Of a DNA stretch of 64,000 nt, positions 1 through 15,480 are shown in pieces. Every line of letters begins with the position of its first letter. Position 1 is the first letter of the stretch. The notes beneath the pieces were generated by a model, which had not been told where the DNA came from, did not search any database, and saw nothing but the letters and a program-made list of their open reading frames with translations. A program made the translations under genes and the position numbers. The DNA is from Octopus vulgaris. Its lineage: Eukaryota. The DNA lies in assembly GCA_951406725.2 (NCBI GenBank), contig OX597819.1:92876001-92940000 (forward strand). The letters are read 5' to 3'.

Positions 1-650
1 GGTGTTTGGGTGGTGTGTTGTGATATGATGAGTAGTGTGGTGTGGTGTGGTGTGATGTTGTTGGGAGGTGGGGGAGGCGAGAGTGGGGAAAGCACGGGTG
101 GGTGTTGGTTAGGCTGAGGGTTGGGGTGGAGTTGGTGTATGTGGGTAGGCAGAGGGTGGGATATGTGGTAGAGTGTGTAAGGAATGGGATGGAGTGCGAT
201 AGGATAGGAAGGATAGGGAAGGTGGAGTAGGAATGTGTAGGGCTGAGGTGGGTTTATGGCGGAGGGTTGAAGATGAAGGTGGAAGGGAAAGGTGGGTATG
301 TAGGAACAGAGAAAGAGAGTAAAAGAGAAGAGAGAAGATAGAAAGAGAGTAAGAGAGAAAGAGAGAGTGAGAGAGTAAGATAGAAAGAAAGAGAGTAAGA
401 GAGAAGAGAGAAAGAGAATAAGAGATAAGAGAGTAGAGAGAAAGAGAGTAGAGAGAAAGTGAGTAGGGTTGAAGAGAAGTAGGAATGGAGAGAAGTAGGA
501 GTCGGAGCAAGAGAGGATAGGTGGGTGGGAGGAAGTAGGAGGGAGAGGGAGGGTGGCAAGGGGAGGAAGTTTTCCATTTGTGTCTTTCGTCTTTTCATAT
601 TCCATGTACTCGTACTTCGTATTTTTTGCTGTACACGTTTCGTGCCCACA
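1..650. mobile_element. Probable PLE 3'UTR/terminal-repeat remnant, truncated by window start
   Basis: G/A/T low-complexity tract (1-570) followed by ~80 bp (571-650) that is the reverse complement of part of 15481-15585; abuts a TA-rich microsatellite. PLE origin is inferred from architecture only. Confidence 0.4.
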
Positions 651-763
651 TATGCATATATATGTATACGTATAAATCTATGCACATATAGGTATGCATA
701 TATTCATATATATATTGTTATATATATTATTCATATATATATATTACGAATATTATATATTAC

Positions 764-810
<47 letters not shown>

Positions 811-816
<6 letters not shown>

Positions 817-1520
817 ACATTTAAATATGATTTTACTCTAGTCATAACACTCAGAAAGGCATTAGAACGCAAACTGGTGATAAATACTGAAGTGAAACGA
901 AAAGCAAAACAAAATTATTGTTTTGGAAATTTTGTTTTCATTAAGATATGTTAGCTTTAAGATCGCAGTCATAGGAAAATAAGAAAAGGGAGACTGGGTA
1001 TAGTTCTAAGATGTACAGGATACGGGGGCGGGTACGACACACGAACACTTATACAAGAATATTTGCCAATTGACACAGTGAAACGCTTCCTTTCTATAGT
1101 ATCTAACTTCATTGTATTTTAAACGAAAGAATAACTTATTTCGGCAGTGATCTACTTACTAATATTTCAAAATGTGACTTTGAAGTTCTCCATAATGTTC
1201 TAGGTATGTCCCTTTGTTTACTGATTGAATAATCATTTGTACGTTCTTTGTATTAAATTAACAATATTTTCAATATAAAATCCACCATATTTATTACACG
1301 CTACCTGGTACATATTGTCAAGCCATGAACACGTCCATATGGTTGATAGAGCGTTTAACGTTTGTTCAGATATTGTTGCGACGTGTGTCGGACTTCTAAG
1401 TAACAGGGAGACAGACAAAGAAACATCGGTTGTCAAGCAGGAAGGGCACGGATACAAATACAAACGCAGAGACAACCATTTACACGCGCGCCCAAACAGG
1501 CACATACGCAATCACACACA
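811..1520 (+). repeat. Local direct duplication, copy 1 (~0.7 kb)
   Basis: ACATTTAAATATGATTTT...CAAACTGGTGATAAATACTGAAGTG...GTTGTCAAGCAG colinear with 3509-4190, with substitutions and indels. Confidence 0.9.
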
Positions 1521-1711
1521 CACAAATATATGTATGTATATATGTGTGTGTGTTGTATTCTTACCACAGATATCATCTCCTTTTTTAAGCTGCTTTAACT
1601 TGAAAGACATACGCATTCAGAGATACTCAAACAAAAACGGTTACGTACATACACATATATCGATAAATACATATAAATATATATATGTACGTATACATTT
1701 ATGTGAGTATG

Positions 1712-1791
<80 letters not shown>

Positions 1792-1869
1792 TAAGGGTAG
1801 AAATTGATATTTATCAATTAAAACCAGTGGTCTAGCATATTAAAAAAAGAATCTGAAGATTAAAATATT

Positions 1870-2003
1870 TATATATATACCAATTAAGGACTGAACACGA
1901 AAAGTGGACAGTCAACATGCTAGATACAGACGTCAAGACAATGGCGATTTGACGTCTATATCTAGCATGTTGACTGTCCACTTTTCGTGTTCAGTCCTTA
2001 ATT

Positions 2004-2015
<12 letters not shown>
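1870..2015. repeat. Near-perfect inverted repeat (~67-bp arms, 12-nt spacer) embedded in (TA)n
   Basis: 1870-1936 is the reverse complement of 1949-2015 with one visible mismatch. Confidence 0.92.
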
Positions 2016-2049
<34 letters not shown>

Positions 2050-2083
2050 TACATACATACATATATATATATATATGTACACT

Positions 2084-2150
<67 letters not shown>

Positions 2151-2182
2151 CATATATACATATATATATATATTTGTATATA

Positions 2183-3471
2183 TCAGGTCATCGCAGCATA
2201 AGTTCTGTTCGAATTTTGAATTAAGAAAAAAGTGATGAAACGTTATATTTAATTGAAATTTAATCATAAATGTACTTTCCCTGATTATCTATGACATCCT
2301 TCCATCTATTTACAAGCTTTTTAATCCCATCAATGTAAAACTCTTTTGGTTTCAACGCAAAGAACTCTGAAATGTCAGTTTCGATCTCCTCCTGGCTTGC
2401 GAAAGTTATGTACCACAAATGATTCTGTAAACTACGAAACAAATGGTACTCTGAAGGAGCAAGGTCAGGGTAATAAGGTGGATGAGGAATTTTTTCCCAA
2501 CGAAGCTCTTCGATCTTCTGTGATGTGATCTTTGCTGTGTGAGGTCGCGCATTGTCCTGATGAAACATCACCCCTTTTCGATTTGCAAAAGCAGGTCTTT
2601 TTTTCTTCAAAGCTTTGTTCAAACGCTCTAAATACTGAGAGTAGACTTGAACATTGATTGCTGCATTAGGTGGTAACAATTCAAAGTGAATTAGTCCCTT
2701 GTTATCCCAACAGATAGAGAGAAGAACCTTTTTCCCATGAAGTTCCCTTCTCGTATGTGGTTGAGCTTTTTCCCTTTTACCAAGCCACTGTTTACGACGT
2801 TTAACATTTCGATAGAAGATCCATTTTACGTCACCAGTCAGAAGTCAATCCAAAAAAGGTGAAGTGAGTTCACAAGAATGGTGAGAAGAGCAGATGTCAA
2901 CTCAGGACTTGCGGTTGCTTTCGGACAATTCATGAGGCATTCATTTTCCAAGTTTAGGAACCTTTCTTAGCTGTTGAAGATGACGATGAACAGTTGTTTG
3001 GTTTGAACTAAGCTTTATTGCCAATTCTTCAAGTGATAATCCAGGATCTTCTTCAAGTAATGCTTCAAGAAGCTTATCATCAAATTCAACTGGATGTCCT
3101 ATTTGATCTTCATCCTCATGGCTGAAATCTCAATTTCTGAATTTCGCAAACCATCTTCTGCAAGTTTTTTCATTCAAGCAGTCTTTCCCATAAACTGAGT
3201 GTATGTTTCGAGTCGCTTCGGCTATAGAGTTTCCTTTTTTGTACTCATAAAGCATTATGTACCTTAAATGCTTTCTCGATACTTCCATGTTAGAAAGGGT
3301 TTTAATCAAAGTAATTTTAATTCTATTATTCTGTAAAATAATATTTAATTAGTTTAAATGTACACAAATGCATAAAAATAAATTTAAATTCCATTAGACA
3401 TTCTAAAATACTATTAAAATGTATTCAATTGTAAAAAGGTAAAATCGGACAGAACTTATGTGATGACCTGA
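2183..3471 (-). mobile_element. Full-length mariner (Tc1/mariner DD34D) DNA transposon, decayed
   Basis: TIRs TCAGGTCATC...ATAAGTTCTG / CAGAACTTAT...GATGACCTGA, TA on both sides, ~1.29 kb. Confidence 0.95.
2260..3288 (-). pseudogene. mariner transposase pseudogene
   Basis: Starts MEVSRKHLRYIMLYEY; motifs GK*MPHEL (WVPHEL with stop), TGDVKW, HQDNARPH, YYPDLAPSEYHLF (third catalytic D changed to E); at least two in-frame stops. Confidence 0.92.
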
Positions 3472-3508
3472 TACAAACATACGTACACACACATACATAC
3501 ATATATAT

Positions 3509-4190
3509 ATAAACTCACATTTAAATATGATTTTAATCTAGTCATAACGAATAACACTCAGAAAGCCAGTAGAACGCAAACTGGTGATAAATACTGAAGT
3601 GAAATGAAAAGCAAAATAAAATTATTGTTTTGGAAATTTTGTTTTCAATAAGATATGTTAGCTTTAAGATCGTAGTCATAGGAAAATAAGGAAATGGAGA
3701 ATGGGTATAGTGCTAAAATGTACAGGATACGGGGGCGGGGGCGACACGCAAACACTTATCCAAGAATACTTGACAATTGGCACAGTGAAACTCTTCCTTT
3801 CTATAGTATTTCACTTCCTTGTATTTTAAACGATAGAATATCTCCTTTCGTCAATGATCTATTTACCAATATTCCATATTGTGACTTCGATGTTCTCCAT
3901 AATGTACTAGTTATGATCCTATGTTGACTGATAGAATAATCATATTCCGCCATATTTATTATACGCTACTTGGTACATATTGTCAAGCCATAAACACGTC
4001 CTCATAGTTGATTGAGCATTTAATTATTGTTCAAATATTGCTTCCACGCGCGGGACGGGCTGCTGAGTAACAGGGAGGCAGACAAAGGAACACCGGTTGT
4101 CAAGCAGAAAGGGACAGGTACAAATACAAACGCACGGATAACCATATACGCGCGCGCGCACTCACACAGATACACACTCACACACACACA
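3509..4190 (+). repeat. Local direct duplication, copy 2
   Basis: Colinear with 811-1520. Confidence 0.9.
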
Positions 4191-4198
4191 AATATATG

Positions 4199-4232
<34 letters not shown>

Positions 4233-4278
4233 TATGTGTGTATATACATACATAAATACGTACATACATACATACATA

Positions 4279-4320
<42 letters not shown>

Positions 4321-5332
4321 GATGGGCTTCTGTCAGTTTCCTTCTACTTTATTCCTTCGGGAGGCCCTGGTCGGCTTGGAACTATAGTACAAGACACTTG
4401 CCCAAGGTGCCACACAATGACACTGAATCTGAACTACGAGTTGGGAATCAAAACTATGTATACATACATAAGCATGCACAAATACATATAAATTTATAGA
4501 TATATACCCAAAGCTATACTTCTAGAGGTATGGGTGCGAGTAGATATGAATGTGTATTCCTCCGGCCTCATATATGTATATTATGATTTGCCTCTCTCAG
4601 CGTAAGTGCAATGAAAACATCAACGTATATATAAAAATATCTCACAGCAAACAGAACGCTATATGCATCGCAGCTAATAATAAACGAATATGAATAATGT
4701 ATAACAAACACCCAAATAATTATTTCGCATGCCTCTCCAGCAACAAAAAAACCGCAGGCTTTGAAACCACTGAATAAACTTCAGATGAGCATTATAATTA
4801 ATAAATCCATATGCAAGCACGATATTTGTAAACTTCATGACATTTTTGTTACAAATATCACACACTTGCTTTGCTGATCAAGCATTTATAGCAAGGAACC
4901 GTTGATACATTACAAAACACACCAGGCAATGATTATTTATAGAATTCATTAAAAAAGGATAAACAGAAAGAAAAATAGACGAGATGTTTAATCATAGAAT
5001 CTATATCGATAGGAAAATAAACGCAAAGCTTAACATAGAAATAGCGAAAGTGTAACAACAAAAGCCAGACCAAGTAAACAATTTTCAATCCGACAATAAC
5101 AACATCATCATTAACGCAGCATCATTCCAATAATTCTTGCCGACGTTTTAACTGCAATAACAAACGCCATTAGTAACCACTTTAGTAATACGGTACATCC
5201 GGGAATGTCTAGAAAGAGCGATATACCAAATAACTTTAAACGTTAATGTTCGGAAGCAAATATCAAATGCAATTATGGATATGAGAAAATTCGATAATAA
5301 TAATAATAATGATAATAATAATAATAATTATA

Positions 5333-5373
<41 letters not shown>

Positions 5374-5378
5374 AATAA

Positions 5379-6710
5379 GAGCCTAAAATTGAGAGGCTGG
5401 TTGAGACTGCAACTGTGTATCAAGGATATAGGGATGGAATTCGGTATCTCGAAGTGTGCTGTGCTTACTGTGAAGCGGTGGAAAAGAGAAAAAACTTAGG
5501 GGCAAACGGAGAGAGAATGGAAGACCCGGATGATGATGGGTACAAGTACCTTGGGATCCTGGAGTTGGACAATATCTTGCACAAAGAAATGAAAGACAAG
5601 GTCATCACTGCATATTTCAAGCGCCTCAAACTTCTGTTGAATTCAAAGCTTAACTCAAGGAACCGTGTGACAGCCATCAACATATGGGCTGTTGCTGTAG
5701 TCCTCTATAGTGCACCCATCCTGAAATGGACACAAGTGGAGATTACCCAACTCGATCGCACTACCCGAAAGTCAATGACAATACATGGTGCACTCTACCC
5801 CAAGGCAAATGTACACATGCTCTACATGGAGAGAGTTAAGAGTGGACGTGGGCTAATTAGCGTACGAGAGTGCATCGACAGTGAAAGAAGAAACATGGAA
5901 GAAAATTTGGTAAGCAGCAAAGAAACCTCCTACAGTATGCTGCTAGTGCAGAAGGAGTTAACAAAAATGAACTTTAGAGTGTACGTGAATTCCGAAAAAG
6001 GACAGCCAACGAGAGAGAAGAAACTCTACTCCGTATGAAATTACATGGTCAGTTCCACCGTGAGACCAACAAATTAAAAGACCAGGAAGTATCATGGAGG
6101 TGGCTCAACAAGTGTGGCCTAAAAAAGAATACTGAAAGCCTAATCATCGCGGCCCAAGACCAGGCATTGAATACCAACTCAGTGAAAAAGAATATATACC
6201 ACACAAGTGCATCGGAACTCTGCAGAATTTGTGGGAGGAGGATCGAATAAAGTTTGACTTACATTGTCAGTGCTTGTCAAAGTCTTGCGCAGAAAGAGTA
6301 AAAGCATAGTCACGACAAAGTAGCCCCAAACCTCTACTGGCTATTATGCCGTAAGTATGGATATGATGTTACGGGTGCTTAGTACCAACATACACCAGAA
6401 AAGGTAACGGACGAAAAGAGGAAGGCAAAAATCCTCTGGGACTTTGATTTCCAGACAGAAAAAGTGTTAGAGTACCGAAGGCCAGATATAGTAACCTTTA
6501 GGAGGGACAAACAAGAGTGCCTAATAATGGACGCAGCAGTGCCAGGATATCAACATATCATTACGAAAGAAATAGTTGATTAATATGGAGACCTGAGAAT
6601 TGAGATCGCTAAGATGTGACAGCTACGAGAGTCGAACAAAGAGGTTATCTCTATTGTCTTCGGAGCATTGGGTTCAATACCACACCAATCTGAAAAACAT
6701 CTGAAATGCA
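5379..6710 (+). mobile_element. R4/Dong-type non-LTR retrotransposon 3' fragment (RT end, Zn knuckle, restriction-like endonuclease), decayed
   Basis: YKYLGILE, AINIWAVAV, GRGL, LHGQF, AAQDQAL, CRICG..HIVSAC, ILWDFDFQT..RPDIV motifs across frames; preceded by an (AAT)n/(GAT)n tract. Confidence 0.85.
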
Positions 6711-7380
6711 AAAGTCGTAATTACTTGAAACTGCACAGATATTGCGTAAAGTACTGTCTGTCTGAGATCCTTGTTGTTACTTGACAAATAGTATACCGCT
6801 GACAAATGGTATAAACACCATCCTGAAGCTGTGACTGAGGGAGAAAATGTGTCGATTCTATAGGACTTCCCCGTACAGACCGACAAAACTATAAAAGCTA
6901 ATAAACCGGGATATTATTATAAAAGACCAGACAAAAAATATGTGTTTATTAATTGGCATGACTATTCCTTGCGATCACAATATAGCGGCGAAAGAATTTG
7001 ACAAGATTAGTAAATATAAAGACTTGCTAATAGAAATTGAAAAAACTATGGCATCTCAAGGTGATTACAGTACCAGTGATTGTAGGATCTCTAGGAATGA
7101 TAAAAAAAAGCTACTGAAACCTATTTGAAAATGATTCCAGGCTTACCATCCCTACAGGAAGTGCAAAAAATCGTATTAACTGGAACGGCTCAAGTATAGA
7201 GAAAAGCATTATTGCTGTGAAAATAATATCCGAATTTATTTATTTATTAATTTTTAAATACACATTTTGTCTGTGAATTTGCGCGTGTAATCTGGGAATG
7301 CATACAATGAGCTTCTCTGCCCTAGGTATATGGAAAACGCCCGGCGAGAAACGGAAGAAAATTTGAAGAAAGAAAAAAAA
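6711..7380 (+). mobile_element. Second R4/Dong-type 3' fragment (RLE domain + 3'UTR) followed by a (TAA)n tract
   Basis: DFPVQTDKTIKANKP, IPCDHNIAAKEFDKISKYKDL, VPVIVGSLGMI, LQEVQKIVLTGTA; (TAA)n at ~7383-7456. Confidence 0.8.
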
Positions 7381-7403
7381 CATAATAATAATAATGATGA
7401 TAC

Positions 7404-8315
<912 letters not shown>

Positions 8316-8805
8316 GTCTTGGTATAAAAGATGGGCTACAGCAAATATTCTGCTCAATACGAAAGTTCTGATTGCCAGTTGTTTGATCATAACTAGTTGA
8401 GCATGTCCCTTGGTGGCTGATGATACGTGCATCTCTGATCACGCGTAGAAGTCGTGGGGGAGCATCATAGCCATGTGTTGAAAGGAATTCTTTGGGGGTT
8501 TATATAATTAACATTTGGAAACATGGGTTTTTCATTCATCATCCTTAAACAACCCTTATTCACAGACATTTTGAGCGGGATAAGCTACTCGACGTGAAGA
8601 AAATTCTAACTGGGCTCCACATTCAAGGTCATGCACTGTTTATCTTGATATGAAATCACTATATCGTGCATATATGGTTGTGATGCATGTGCCTAGTACA
8701 CCCTTATCAGACGGACAGTCATGATGGGTATACTGGACTTGGTATATTTTATACCGGTGTCATTATGATGGCCTGCACTACTCTCTCGCCCAATAATAAT
8801 AATGA
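8316..8805. mobile_element. Interspersed repeat, second copy at ~62545-62870, adjoining (TAA)n
   Basis: GAAGAAAATTCTAACTGGGC...CCCTTATCAGACG...CATGATGGGTA shared by both loci; family not identified. Confidence 0.7.
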
Positions 8806-8904
8806 TTATGGTAAGACGATCTGAGGCAGATTTGTGATTTTATACGCATGGTTTTCATTTTGCATATACATATATGTATGTGTCCCTGTGATCGCGTGTG
8901 TGTG

Positions 8905-9135
8905 TGGAGGTGCATGGCTGAGTGGTTGGGAAACTGGCTCATGATCATACGATTTTCTTCGATTCCCGGGCCGGACAATGCATTGTATTCTTAAGTAAAA
9001 CACTTCATTTCACGTTGCTCCAGTTCACTTTAGTTGGGAAAAATAAGAAATCCTGAAACGAACCACCGTCCTGTTCAATGGGGGATATATGCGTCACGGA
9101 AAGCGGAAAACCAGCCCTGAGAGTCTATGCGACTC
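8905..9135 (+). mobile_element. tRNA-headed SINE (second type), decayed
   Basis: TGGCTGAGTGG A-box-like and TTCGATTCC B-box-like motifs; similar head to 34478. Confidence 0.6.
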
Positions 9136-9536
9136 TGGAATTATATATATATATACATATACATACATATATACACATACATATATACATATATATACGT
9201 ATACATAAATACACACTTCGAGGCTGACCAAATGGACGAACACTGAAGAAGCTGTACCGGCTATAATGCGAGGTTGCATTTGCAACAGTGAATAGTCGCC
9301 GCTGCGGAAACGCGTGTAGGTCATTTTAATATGCTGTATATAAATACAAAATAATTTTGTTTTGGGATCCCCAGACACAACAAAATGTAACATAAATTTG
9401 AGAACAATTTCTAAACTCATTTACACTCAATACATGATTCAGATACACCCGGAATACAAGGATGGTTATGTCTGACGAGATGAGCATGAATGGTATGAAT
9501 ATGTTGTTTTTTTTTTAAATATTACATGCCTTGTTA

Positions 9537-9735
9537 AGGCGATGTGCTAGCAGAATCGTTAACACATCGGTGAACATGCTTAGCATCACTTATTCTGACT
9601 TTACATACAGAGGTTCGACTTCGCCTTTCATGCTTTCGTAGCCGATAAACTAAGTATCAGATAGGCACTGAAGATGATGTAATCGAGTACCCCTCCTCTA
9701 AAATTGCTGGTCATGTGCGGAAATTTGAAGCGAAT
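9537..9735 (+). mobile_element. Diverged copy of the major SINE
   Basis: AGGCGATGTGCTAGCAGAATCG...GCCTTTCATGCTTTCG. Confidence 0.65.
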
Positions 9736-11906
9736 ATTATATGCGTTGTTGAAACAGTTATAATGCAGGAAAAAGTAAAATGCCTAAACTTCCATTTTTG
9801 GACTGAGTTTATTACACTCCGTGACTAACAAATCATACCAGATATTTCAGCTTCTCTGGAATGATTTCCTTTACGGAAAAATGCCCATTTCTTCGCACTC
9901 TGTTACCCAGCCTTCACAGGCATACTGACTGTGATAACTGCTCGGATTTCTAAATCTCCTTTTCTAAATGAATATTGGATTGAAATGTACGATGCATAAA
10001 GAATGAGTTTTCACTGTCTACGGACGTGGAATGTTATTAGTCATCCGAAATGTTAAGATAAGACGTGTCAGGAGTTGGTCGGTAAGTCGAAGATAGTTAA
10101 ATTATTTTTCATGTTATGAGGGAGCGACGTGCTTAGTTCGAAGAATCTTCCTTTTTCAGGCAGTCCATTGCATTGAAATGATCCACTGATAGTGAGTGAG
10201 TGACAGGGCGCCAATCTATAAACAGTTGAAATGGCGATCCACGGTTTTAGGGAGGCTAGTGCCGTTTGAACGTGTATACATAGTCACATTAGGTCAAAAG
10301 GCAAAATATACTTCAGATCTTAGCAGAAGACGTCAATAAAAGTATTTTCCCCGGATGAGCGGATAAATACCGCAGTTTCTAGCTTTTCAACTACCTTCAT
10401 ACATTAAGTCTTGTGTAGTAATAAAGTGTTTACTTCAGAGTTGCTTGTATTGCGTATTTCATATTTATTCTGCTTACGCGACGTTTTTGCAAGCTGACGT
10501 ATAATTTATGTAATATCTCTATATAATTCGGATTAGCTGATTCAAATTCGTTTCAGAAATCACACGAAGGCGCAACCGTGGCGTATTACGTATCTCTCGC
10601 TCCCGCAGTCAGTTTTGCGGATAGTTCAACTAGCTCTGAAGTATGTTTCATATGTTAATCTAATAGCTGTATAAAGGAATTTTTCCTGGACGACGACCTC
10701 AAACTCTGTGTTTTCAACAACGCAGATACATCGTGTTATATTGATAGTATAACGACAGTATCCTGAGTATGCTATATTGAAGTTTTCCACTATAGAGCTG
10801 CTTCTGTTGCATAATTCGAATACGTATACAGAGAGGGTGCGAGAGAGAGAGAGAGGGGAAAATAGAATGATAAAGAAAGAGACAAAGAGAGTAAGAGAGA
10901 GTTAAAGGTGGGTAAATGAGCGCGTTATATAGAAATACAGTATTTTACATAAGAAAATTACACTTTTTCTCTGTTACATTTATTTTCTGTTTTCTTCGAT
11001 CAGGTTAATTTCAAAGAATAACACAGCTGTGAAAGTAAAAAAAAAATGAAACATCTTTCAATTAGTATATATAAAGTTAATAGTTGATGTTTACAAGTCT
11101 GAATTTAATTTGATATGCATGAAATAAGAACAATTACAACATTATTCTTCTTGAGTTAAAATAAGTAGGCAAATAGAAAATTACAGTTTCTTTGTCTCCG
11201 TAGGAAAGTTGATTATAGAATCTAATATATAACAAAGCAATGTACTTTCAAACAGCCATTGTAAAGAAAGATAGTAAAGAGTCACAATGTACAAAGATAA
11301 AGAGAATTTATCGTTATAATTAGCGGTTATAATAATGATTATAACGAAGTTTAGAAAATCAATTTGCATGACAACTTTGAATAATATTGATTTTCATCAT
11401 AGGCTGAAAGTAGTTTTTATATTTTTATTTCGACCCTCAGTTTTCATCGTTACATAATTTATCAAGTAACAAGTGACATTGGTTTCAGTGTGTCGTGAAC
11501 ATAAGACACAAATGGTCATGAATGAATAACAAAATCCTTTGACAATCTTGCAGTTTACGAATGTCATTTCATTTCACGAATGTGAGATATAATTATTGCA
11601 TTCACAAAATACTACGAAGAAAGAAAATATCTTATATATATATATACGTTTATATATTTGTTTTGCAAGATTCTTGATGTGAAATCGTGTATTGAAACAG
11701 ATATTGTTGTATTTAGGGATGGTCATGTCAGTTTAGCCAATAAAAAGTTACGCACTATATATTTGGTGTTAATTTGCTTCAGCTTTATTTTATTTTTTAT
11801 ATAAATCGTATATCGCTAAGAGTTCTTTCATCACACTTCTGTGACCTGATTAATGGTTCTTTGCTTTCTTCTTTCTAATTTTTGTCTCTTTCCTTACTAA
11901 CGATCA

Positions 11907-11957
<51 letters not shown>

Positions 11958-12271
11958 AGAGAGAGAGAGAGAAAGAGAGAAGCGTGACTAAAGTGACAGA
12001 GAGAATTACTGGCGTTGCTAGAAATAAGAGTCAAAACAACTCAATAGCCACAGAAGCACTATATTAATGACTGACAAAGGGAAGACAAGCTTTCCAGCGG
12101 GCATAGCCAGATCATTAGTGATTTTGAATTTTGCTGCAGAGCATCTTAATTTCCATTGGTGGCTCTTAAACTCGACTCACATTGTCAGCTTATATGAAAA
12201 CCGTTGAACTCATAGGCTGATTTCATAGAATGATAGCCACTTTAGTGACGTCTATAAATTTGCATTTAGGT

Positions 12272-12494
12272 CCGTGTTTCCCAACGTATTTTCCCCTAGG
12301 CCCCATTATAACTTACAAGAAAAATGCATGTCCCACCGGTGCTTAGAACAAAAGCATAGGTATAGTATGTTTGCTGTGAGAAAAACTGTTGATTTTCACA
12401 TTTTCATGTCTCACTGAATTTTTGTATAATTTTGGATTCCACATTTGTGCCAGGCCCCACCGGTTAGGCGGGTGTCCCACGTTTGGAACCACTG
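12272..12494. mobile_element. hAT-type MITE
   Basis: Termini CCGTGTTTCCCAAC / GTTTGGAACCACTG; 8-bp flanks ATTTAGGT and CTTTAGGT (7/8 match, TSD). Confidence 0.75.
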
Positions 12495-12731
12495 CTTTAG
12501 GTTGTTAAATTGCTAATAAGCCAACCATATATGCGTGTGTGTGTGTGTGTACGTGTGTGTACGCGTGTGTGTAAGAGTGTGTTTGTATATGTGTGTATAT
12601 CTGTGTGTGGTTTGTGCCTGAAGAACATGTTTGAGATATATTTCAGCATATGAAACTATTAGTAGCACTTAAATACATGTATTGTGACCATCCTTTAAAT
12701 AAATAATCTTTATCTCTCACCCACATTTTGT

Positions 12732-12789
<58 letters not shown>

Positions 12790-14656
12790 TAATGTAGGAT
12801 AAAATGTTTTTCGGAAAAAAAAATTTATCAATAGCCAGCATATATTATTATAATGGTTATTGACAATTTTGTCTTTTTTCGGCATATTTGGCATTAGAAT
12901 TTTTCTTTTGTCCTTATTTTGTAAATTATATATATATGTATATATATTTATGCATGTATATATACATGCACACACTATTTTCTGCAATGGGAACACACGT
13001 AGGTCATGATTATATGCTGTATAAAATGGTAAAATATGAGAAAGCACAAACACACTTCTTCAATGCCTCTTCTTTATAGTTAATCAATTGGTTAAATATC
13101 TAACCACCTTACAAATAGATCGTTTGTTTAATGTATGTGATCTTGACAGTGACTTAATGACTTCTCTCGCTCCAACAGACAGACTCAGAGTGGACCTTAA
13201 AGTTAGATGAGGGTGGGGTAATATCGATGGCTCGTTTTGAAATGAGATGATTCACAACTGTCAGTTAATTGAAAATACAAATGAGAAGCGCTGTTTTAGT
13301 GGAATAATAGTCAGACCATTAAAAATGGCATGGAAACTGGGTTTGTTTCGCTTTTATACATCCTCCTCAACGAGGAGGATTTATAAAATGTGTGTGAGTG
13401 TGTGTCTGTAGATACACTCTACATTGGTGTGCTAATAGAACATAAACTCAGAGAGATATCATATGAACGATAAATAGTGATGTAAGTGTTAATATGTTAA
13501 ATGTAGTGATCACGATGACTGTAATGGAAACATTGTCGTAAGATCATCTTTGTGACCTTATTTTGGTGATTTCATGACACATGCAACAGTAAAAATCTTA
13601 ATTACAGCACCATGTTGTTGTATAACTTGGATAACATTTCTTCAATATTTCGGATTTTTTTTCCTACGAGATAGAAATAAGAAATACTCTGATTGAAGCA
13701 CGAAATCTCTCTGGAAAACCACTACTCACTACTTAAACCAAAAAATAACAACAAAAAAAAACAACACAATAAAAATAAAACATCTAAATATAATTGTATT
13801 GCGACTTCCTGCAGAGAATGTTGTTTAATAGGCTGTTTCATGGACAGTGTATTAATAAAGGTTGTGTTTAAACAAATGATATATTGGTATTATCACCCAC
13901 GAAGGCGGCGAGCAAATAGAATCTTTAGCGCACCAGGCAGAATGCTTAGCGGCATTTAGTCCGTCCTCGTGTTCTGAGTTCAAATCCCGCCGATACTACC
14001 ACCCATGAACAAGCACAGGTAAAGCCCATTTGTTGGCTTTACGTAGTGCCTTTACTTAGTGGTTCATGCAAAAAGTTTCCCTTGAGCCGTAAATGTAGAA
14101 GAAGGCACTTGTCTAAGTGCTTCCCAATGAGATCAAACCCAGAACCACATGGTTATGATGCAAATTTGTTAAGTATACAAACGTGTCAGCACCCTTAGTT
14201 TGCAAAATATTCCCTTACTGTTGTTATATTTACACTTCCTAAAAAAAACAGAGTGAGAGAAATAAAAAAACTGGCATATCTCTGTAGAGACGGTAATGTG
14301 AAAATAAATTAAAACATCAATAATGACATAAGTAGGATTCTATGTCTAATTTATTACATTCGATGGCAGATCTTAGGTGAACTGGCGGTACGGAGATTAT
14401 CAGTCAGGGCTTATTCATTTTATGATTTCATACAGCAATTCCAAGTAACAACATTAAGGTATATTATATTTCTAAACACAATATATATATAAAGCTGGTT
14501 TTCATCAGCATTTGCATTACTATTTTATGGTGTTGGTGGTGGAAGTGGTAGTGGTGGTGGTGGTGGACGGATAATTTATTCTTAGGTTTTGAAAAACAAA
14601 AATAACTAACGAGGAAATAGCATGAGAAATTGCAACATGACTCTGGTTTGCTTGCT

Positions 14657-14688
<32 letters not shown>

Positions 14689-14744
14689 AATGTATGTATG
14701 TATGTATGTATGTATGTATGTATGTATGTATGTATGTATGTATG

Positions 14745-14791
<47 letters not shown>

Positions 14792-14906
14792 CCAGTCGTA
14801 AATAAATGCAACATATATATAGGCCTTCTGGAATTGGTATTAGTTTCTAAGATATAATCATCCTTAATCAACTATATCAATAAATAATGTTCACTAAGAC
14901 TTCTTT

Positions 14907-15156
<250 letters not shown>

Positions 15157-15480
15157 GTCTGTCTGTCCGTCTGTCTGTTTGTCAGTGCGTCTTTTGTCAG
15201 TATGTCTGTCTATATCCATATTTACCAATCTATCTGTATATATTCCAAATGGTCTTTCAATCCATTATTTACAAGCTACCATTACAGCATTATGCGCTTG
15301 GAGATCAACTGTTCCAAACGAATGATTTAACGTTCTCCTGCAGTTTATAGATTATGACATCAGCAATATATACATGTGTATGTATTATATATATATATAT
15401 ATACATATATGTATATATGCATACATACATACTTATATGTACATACATCTATACGTATATATGTATATATATATATTCAT

